From Promethearchaeota archaeon Loki_b31 (GTDB taxonomy: Archaea; Asgardarchaeota; Lokiarchaeia; Sigyniarchaeales; SOKP01), in contig NJBI01000005.1 in assembly GCA_005222975.1 (NCBI GenBank), forward strand, positions 1-64,000: 64,000 bases of DNA. Direction: 5' to 3'. The notes beneath the pieces are model-generated. The model ran no database searches and had not been told where the DNA came from. It saw only the letters and a list, made by a program, of their open reading frames with translations. Positions 59,588 to 64,000 of this stretch are shown here, piece after piece (position 1 is the stretch's first letter; each line of letters begins with the position of its first letter). The position numbers and the translations under genes are program-made.

Positions 59588-60436
59588 TTAAACGGCTATA
59601 AATAACCTGCCATTGACACCTATATTAAGTTCCCCTGTCTTTTTACTAATAGCAGAATGGTTTTTCTTTACAGAATGGTCTCCACTGTACTCAATAAATT
59701 TCCCGGATATTTTTTCACCATTGAATAGTTCAATTTCTTTAACTTCCCCAATTTTTATAAATGATGGAAGTACGGGGGTTTTTCCCTTAATCACTATAGT
59801 TCCTTTTATTTGGTCCGCTCCAACGCAGCGGTCTGCATCGCCTTCAACTATGATAGTCGCACCATGCGAATGAAGCCCTAAAAATGCTGCTGCTCCGCCA
59901 CAATATAAAGTAGGGAATCTTTTAGCAACTATAGAACCGTTTGCCCATATCATTGATTCGCTACCAACTTTGCCTTTAACTCGAATCACACCATTTCTCA
60001 TTCCCTGCCAAAATCCTCTATATGCAGAGCCAGTATAATGACCAGAATCTCCATTGATCTCAAGTTCACCACCTTTAAGCATAGCTCCAGCCCAATCGTC
60101 TGCATTTCCATTAACTACAATTTTCCCCCCCGACATGTTATTTCCTACGTGCATACCGACATCACTATTAATCACGATTTCTCCTCCCTTCATTTTTTCG
60201 CCAATACGCTTTACGTTAGATATATCGCCATCTATAATAATTTTAGTGTCAGCAACTTCAGCTGATTTTCCAGAAACATCAAAAAAATTACCAATAGTCG
60301 TTAGTTCTTTAGCGTAATATAACGGTAATTTCTTAATATCGCTTAGAGTCTTCCCAGCGAAATTATCTGGTGTGATACTATCTGCTTCTAAAGGAAAATC
60401 TAGTTTCTTTTTTATTTTTAACTTAATATCAGCCAA
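59588..60436 (-). CDS. fwdC: Formylmethanofuran dehydrogenase subunit C
   Basis: LEADSITPD, KRIGEKMKGG, GxGxG beta-helix repeats, AYRG. Confidence 0.92.
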   Translation of the reverse strand: MADIKLKIKKKLDFPLEADSITPDNFAGKTLSDIKKLPLYYAKELTTIGNFFDVSGKSAEVADTKIIIDGDISNVKRIGEKMKGGEIVINSDVGMHVGNNMSGGKIVVNGNADDWAGAMLKGGELEINGDSGHYTGSAYRGFWQGMRNGVIRVKGKVGSESMIWANGSIVAKRFPTLYCGGAAAFLGLHSHGATIIVEGDADRCVGADQIKGTIVIKGKTPVLPSFIKIGEVKEIELFNGEKISGKFIEYSGDHSVKKNHSAISKKTGELNIGVNGRLFIAV

Positions 60437-60439
60437 ACT

Positions 60440-61774
60440 TTATTCACCCATCTTTTCTTTCACATTTTCTATTAATCTTTCTAATATTTCTTTGTCAGAC
60501 AAACATTCTCCCGGTGGTTCCTTTACTTTCCTCAATCTTAAAGGAACTTTATCCATACGGTAAGCAGTTCCTTCGCACTCAATACCGGCAAACGCTGCAG
60601 GTAAAATTACGTCGGCAAATGCAGATGTTGGGGTTTCATGCGGTTCTATTGAAATTAAGGGATGTTTGAATAAATTTCTTACTGATGCTGCGGGAAAATT
60701 ACTTGCTGGATCAGAGGCTACAATTAATGTAGCGTCTATTTCGTCTCTCATTAGAAGATCGACAGAAGAGAATTCTCCAGGATTATAACGCGGATATCCT
60801 CTTGAAAAATCAATAGAATACGCGTAGCCTGTATTCCAAGTAAAAACTTGGTTTGCTCCAGCGACATTGTAATGCCCTCGCATGGGAGTCAAAAGAAATT
60901 TAGTATGGTCGTTCAGCTCCCTAACTAAGCATATTGCTGTGTCAACGTTGCGATGATGTGCTAATGTTTGCGTTAACCCCATACCGAAGAAAATTACTCC
61001 AAACTTACACGATTTTAATATTTTCACTAGTTCTTTCATTTTTTCTATTGGAACGCCAGCAACTTCTTTTACGTCTAGCTCTGTACCTCTTACCATTGCT
61101 CTAATTGCATTTAATAGTTCGTAATCCTCGTTAGGATTTATTTTGATGTATAAGTCTGCAATTTGGGCAGTGTGAGTATTTCTCGGGTCTACAACTACAA
61201 TAAATCTATCGTTTCTACCATCAGTTCTAAAATAACCCCTCACAAAATTGCTGTATCTACTTAAATGTCGAGGGTGAGCATGAACTGGATTAGACCCCCA
61301 AAAAATTACTAAATCGGCTCTATTTTTATATTCTCCTAAAGTGGACGATGGCGCACCAACATCTTGTATTGCTAATAAGCTAGGACCGTGACAAACCGAA
61401 GCTGTATTATCTAAAAGAGCGTTTAATATTTCAGCTAACTCAACGCCTTTACTTTGAGCTTCACATTCAGTGCTGGAGAATCCATACAATAGAGGTCTTT
61501 TGGCATTAATTAATATCTCGGCAGATTTATCAAGTGCTTCGTCCCATGAAACTTCTTTAAATTCTCCTTTCTTTTTAATTAAAGGTTTCATATAACGATG
61601 CTCGCTATTTGAGGATAAGAATTTTTTACTGCCAATTTGGCAAGCGTTTCTCACTTCAACAACTTTATTTTCTTTAACATCCAGATCTATTTCAAGGTCA
61701 TCACAAAAAGTTCCACAAAATGGACAAGGAACATCACATATCGTCTTAAGCTTTCTTTCTACCATTCTTTTCAC
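60440..61774 (-). CDS. fwdB: Formylmethanofuran dehydrogenase subunit B (Cys form)
   Basis: CPFCGTFCDD, ASVCHGPS, HAHPRH, MRGHYNV, AYRMD. Confidence 0.95.
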   Translation of the reverse strand: MKRMVERKLKTICDVPCPFCGTFCDDLEIDLDVKENKVVEVRNACQIGSKKFLSSNSEHRYMKPLIKKKGEFKEVSWDEALDKSAEILINAKRPLLYGFSSTECEAQSKGVELAEILNALLDNTASVCHGPSLLAIQDVGAPSSTLGEYKNRADLVIFWGSNPVHAHPRHLSRYSNFVRGYFRTDGRNDRFIVVVDPRNTHTAQIADLYIKINPNEDYELLNAIRAMVRGTELDVKEVAGVPIEKMKELVKILKSCKFGVIFFGMGLTQTLAHHRNVDTAICLVRELNDHTKFLLTPMRGHYNVAGANQVFTWNTGYAYSIDFSRGYPRYNPGEFSSVDLLMRDEIDATLIVASDPASNFPAASVRNLFKHPLISIEPHETPTSAFADVILPAAFAGIECEGTAYRMDKVPLRLRKVKEPPGECLSDKEILERLIENVKEKMGE

Positions 61775-61778
61775 TCCT

Positions 61779-62174
61779 CTAAGCCTCTTTCAATTTTCCT
61801 ATTAATTCCAAAGCATCTAATACCTTTCCGCTTTTAATAACTTCAACCTTTGCTTTCATCCCTTTATATGTTGGAGTGCCACACCCTTGTGAATCGGGAT
61901 TCACAAGTTGATTAGCCCATGGACCCATCGGAACGAATAATATCCCGGGATGAGGTCCCTCTTCTGAAATTGTAGAATAGACTATAACCTCTCCAAAATC
62001 AGTTGTAATTTTAACAGGAGTTCCAACAAGGCAATCTAGTTTTTTAAAATCGTTTCTATCGAAAGCACAGATACCCGCAGCTCGGACATTTTCCTTTGTT
62101 ACTTTTCCACCTTCAAGAGCTACTCCTTGGTTAATCGTTCGACCAGTTAATAAAATTAAATTTTCTAAACTCAT
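61779..62174 (-). CDS. fwdD: Formylmethanofuran dehydrogenase subunit D
   Basis: LTGRTINQG, FVPMGPWAN, GTPTYKG. Confidence 0.93.
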   Translation of the reverse strand: MSLENLILLTGRTINQGVALEGGKVTKENVRAAGICAFDRNDFKKLDCLVGTPVKITTDFGEVIVYSTISEEGPHPGILFVPMGPWANQLVNPDSQGCGTPTYKGMKAKVEVIKSGKVLDALELIGKLKEA

Positions 62175-62176
62175 TT

Positions 62177-62887
62177 TTAAGAGCCCTCCTTTTTACTCCA
62201 TCTTAATGTTTTCAATCTTTCTAACAATGGTGGCCAAAACAATTTGCTAAATTCACCAGAAGTTTTCACTTCGGTAATTTCAAGCTGCAACGCTCCCGTT
62301 GGACAAGCATTATCGCACGCTCCGCAAGCCACGCAGGCATCTTGGTCGACAACTTCTACATTTTTAGACATTTCCCAACCGTGCTCAGGTCTTTTAGCTA
62401 TTTTAATAGTTCCTGAGGGGCACACTTCAGCGCACGATCCACATCCCTTAGCACATTCTTCGTCAATAACATTCACAGTTGCTTTAGCGTATTGTTTTAC
62501 TATTCTATCGTTATTTAACTTTTTCGCTTCAAATTCAATTTTAGGAACTACTTTTTGAGCAACAATAGGGATATCTACTAAATTAATTATTTCTCCGTCT
62601 TTTTTTAGCGTCAATGCGCCAAATGGGCACATAATTACGCAAGTGCCACAAAAAACACATTTATGAGGGTCGTATATTTCTGATACTATATCTTCGGTTG
62701 TTGGAAATCGACGTGATGCTCCAACAGGTCCTCTGGAAATAGCTTCTTTGGGACATACTCGGGCGCAAGTTCCACAACCTACGCATTTGGATCTATTTAA
62801 AATAAGTTCTAAACTTTCTGTTAAAAATTGAACTTTTACATGTTCCTCTTCTTGAGTTAAAGTTCTAGATATTTTAGGAAACGACAT
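62177..62887 (-). CDS. fwdF: Polyferredoxin, short FwdF-like (four 4Fe-4S motifs)
   Basis: Four CxxCxxCxxxCP-type motifs; inside the fwd operon. Confidence 0.7.
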   Translation of the reverse strand: MSFPKISRTLTQEEEHVKVQFLTESLELILNRSKCVGCGTCARVCPKEAISRGPVGASRRFPTTEDIVSEIYDPHKCVFCGTCVIMCPFGALTLKKDGEIINLVDIPIVAQKVVPKIEFEAKKLNNDRIVKQYAKATVNVIDEECAKGCGSCAEVCPSGTIKIAKRPEHGWEMSKNVEVVDQDACVACGACDNACPTGALQLEITEVKTSGEFSKLFWPPLLERLKTLRWSKKEGS

Positions 62888-62890
62888 TTT

Positions 62891-63148
62891 TTAAACTCCC
62901 TCCATAACTTCAATTCTGATTGCAACTTGAGGACACATTTTTACGCATACTCCACAGCCGTCGCAATTAATTTTTCTTTCTTCATTGTAAATAGGTACCG
63001 CAATTCCGTTTTTAACTAGTATAACTGCATTTTCCTTGTTCAAATAACTTTGTTTCCTCAACTGGTTAAAATTAATTGGACAACTTACAACGCACGCATT
63101 GCACCCAGTGCAAGTGTTTCTATTTATTTTTAATTCGTAAATTTGCAT
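62891..63148 (-). CDS. fwdG: 2x[4Fe-4S] ferredoxin, FwdG-like
   Basis: CTGCNACVVSCPIN and CDGCGVCVKMCP. Confidence 0.78.
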   Translation of the reverse strand: MQIYELKINRNTCTGCNACVVSCPINFNQLRKQSYLNKENAVILVKNGIAVPIYNEERKINCDGCGVCVKMCPQVAIRIEVMEGV

Positions 63149-63152
63149 AGTT

Positions 63153-63575
63153 TTATGCCTCCTTTTTCATAGGATTAGGTCCTAATTCTTTTAATTCATG
63201 GACAAATTCTTCGACAATTTCGGTCAGCTCTGCACCTTCAGAAGCCGAAACGAACGTGTACTTAACTCGTTTAGGGTTAATACCGAATTGTTTTAGATAT
63301 AGATGAAGCATTGGAATTTTTCTCATTGTTTTTAAGTTTCCCTCAACATAATGACAGTCGCCTACATGACAATGAGACACTAATACGCCATCTGCCCCAT
63401 TTCTTAGTGCGTCCAAGATAAAATGTGGTTCTACTCTTCCTCCGCACATTACGCGCATAATCCTTAGATTTGCGGGTCGCTGCATGCGAGATGTTCCAGC
63501 TTGGTCAGCGCCAGCGTATGTACACCAGTTACAACATATACCTAAAATGAATGGATTAAATTCGCTTTCGGTCAT
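63153..63575 (-). CDS. mvhD: Hydrogenase/Hdr [2Fe-2S] subunit MvhD (Cys form)
   Basis: CCNWCTYAGAD, RVMCGGRV, GADGVLV..C..GDCHY, SASEG. Confidence 0.93.
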   Translation of the reverse strand: MTESEFNPFILGICCNWCTYAGADQAGTSRMQRPANLRIMRVMCGGRVEPHFILDALRNGADGVLVSHCHVGDCHYVEGNLKTMRKIPMLHLYLKQFGINPKRVKYTFVSASEGAELTEIVEEFVHELKELGPNPMKKEA

Positions 63576-63755
63576 TGTTATTCAATAATATAATTTTTAG
63601 GATAAATCAGTTAATAAGTTTATAGTCTATAAAAATTATGATATAAAATTAATTTTTAAAAAGTATATTATTTTAAAAAATTTAGTATAAGACTTTTTAA
63701 AGTTGTTAAATAAATAATAATATTCAAAAAAGTCAAAAGGAAATTATAAATCTAA

Positions 63756-64000
63756 ATGGTAGATTCAATAATCTCTAAATTGCTCAATTCTGACGAACCT
63801 TCGATAAGGTATAAAGTTTTAGTAAAAATTTTAGGCGAAAATCCTAACTCTAAAGAAATTGAAGACCTTCAGCATCAAATAAAAATATCTCGTCGGGTAC
63901 AATCATTACTCTCTGAGAGGGATTCTGATGGAAGGATTCCGTTTCATCCTTATAGAAAATGGTACGGTGCTCATTGGGTATTGACCAGCTTAGCAGAGCT
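63756..64000 (+). CDS. 5' part of a prenyltransferase/squalene-cyclase-repeat-like protein (runs off the window)
   Basis: Manual translation MVDSIISKLLNSDEPSIRYKVLVKILGE...SERDSDG...YRKWYGAHWVLTSLAE; open to the window edge. Confidence 0.55.
   Translation, partial: MVDSIISKLLNSDEPSIRYKVLVKILGENPNSKEIEDLQHQIKISRRVQSLLSERDSDGRIPFHPYRKWYGAHWVLTSLAE

Noticed and set aside
1212-62558. Short antisense or overlapping track ORFs (e.g. 1212, 1918, 3796, 20586, 40337, 47178, 54333, 56955, 62244)
   Set aside because: They are shadows of well-supported genes on the other strand or frame and have no motifs.
60440-63575. Selenoprotein forms of FwdB or MvhD
   Set aside because: Both frames are uninterrupted and have Cys at the relevant motifs.
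1-64000. tRNA, rRNA or CRISPR arrays
   Set aside because: Intergenic regions are short and very AT-rich; no cloverleaf, rRNA-like or repeat-spacer pattern was seen by eye. A covariance search would be needed to exclude small ncRNAs.

Overview
AT-rich archaeal chromosome segment, most consistent with an Asgard archaeon (Lokiarchaeia). The basis is small GTPases, longin-like proteins, an SDS22-type LRR protein, LITAF-like zinc-ribbon membrane proteins and Fwd/Hdr/Mvh anaerobic C1 genes; the taxon is inferred from gene content, not from a search. From left to right: (1) the 3' end of an IS4/ISH3-like transposase and a degenerate Rab-like GTPase; (2) a two-gene cassette ending in LAGLIDADG-like and PD-(D/E)xK nuclease domains, with a decayed copy of part of it just upstream; (3) a possible lipid-modifying run with an SCP2 protein, two divergent FAD-oxidase/CCG Fe-S pairs, a radical SAM enzyme, a nitrilase and a split CWH43-like membrane + EEP pair; (4) an ACS-beta-like/CooC pair; (5) a cluster of eukaryote-signature genes: a longin-GTPase with a 213-bp tandem Ca-binding repeat tail, a 1460-aa surface protein coupled to a uDENN/longin protein, an LRR protein, a GTPase-less longin protein and Zn-ribbon microproteins; (6) a deletion or chimera scar; (7) two paralogous three-module membrane/left-handed beta-helix operons that resemble the terminal domains of poly-amino-acid (Pls/PosA-type) synthetases but lack an adenylation domain; (8) a class II ribonucleotide reductase with an HNH intein at its active site; (9) an MtaB-like enzyme, mvhG-like-hdrCB, an RNase J-like gene, fdhD, an MntA-HepT toxin-antitoxin pair and mvhD-fwdGFDBC. 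Several pseudogene relics and small ORFs missing from the ORF track were found by manual translation. No tRNA, rRNA or CRISPR array was recognised.
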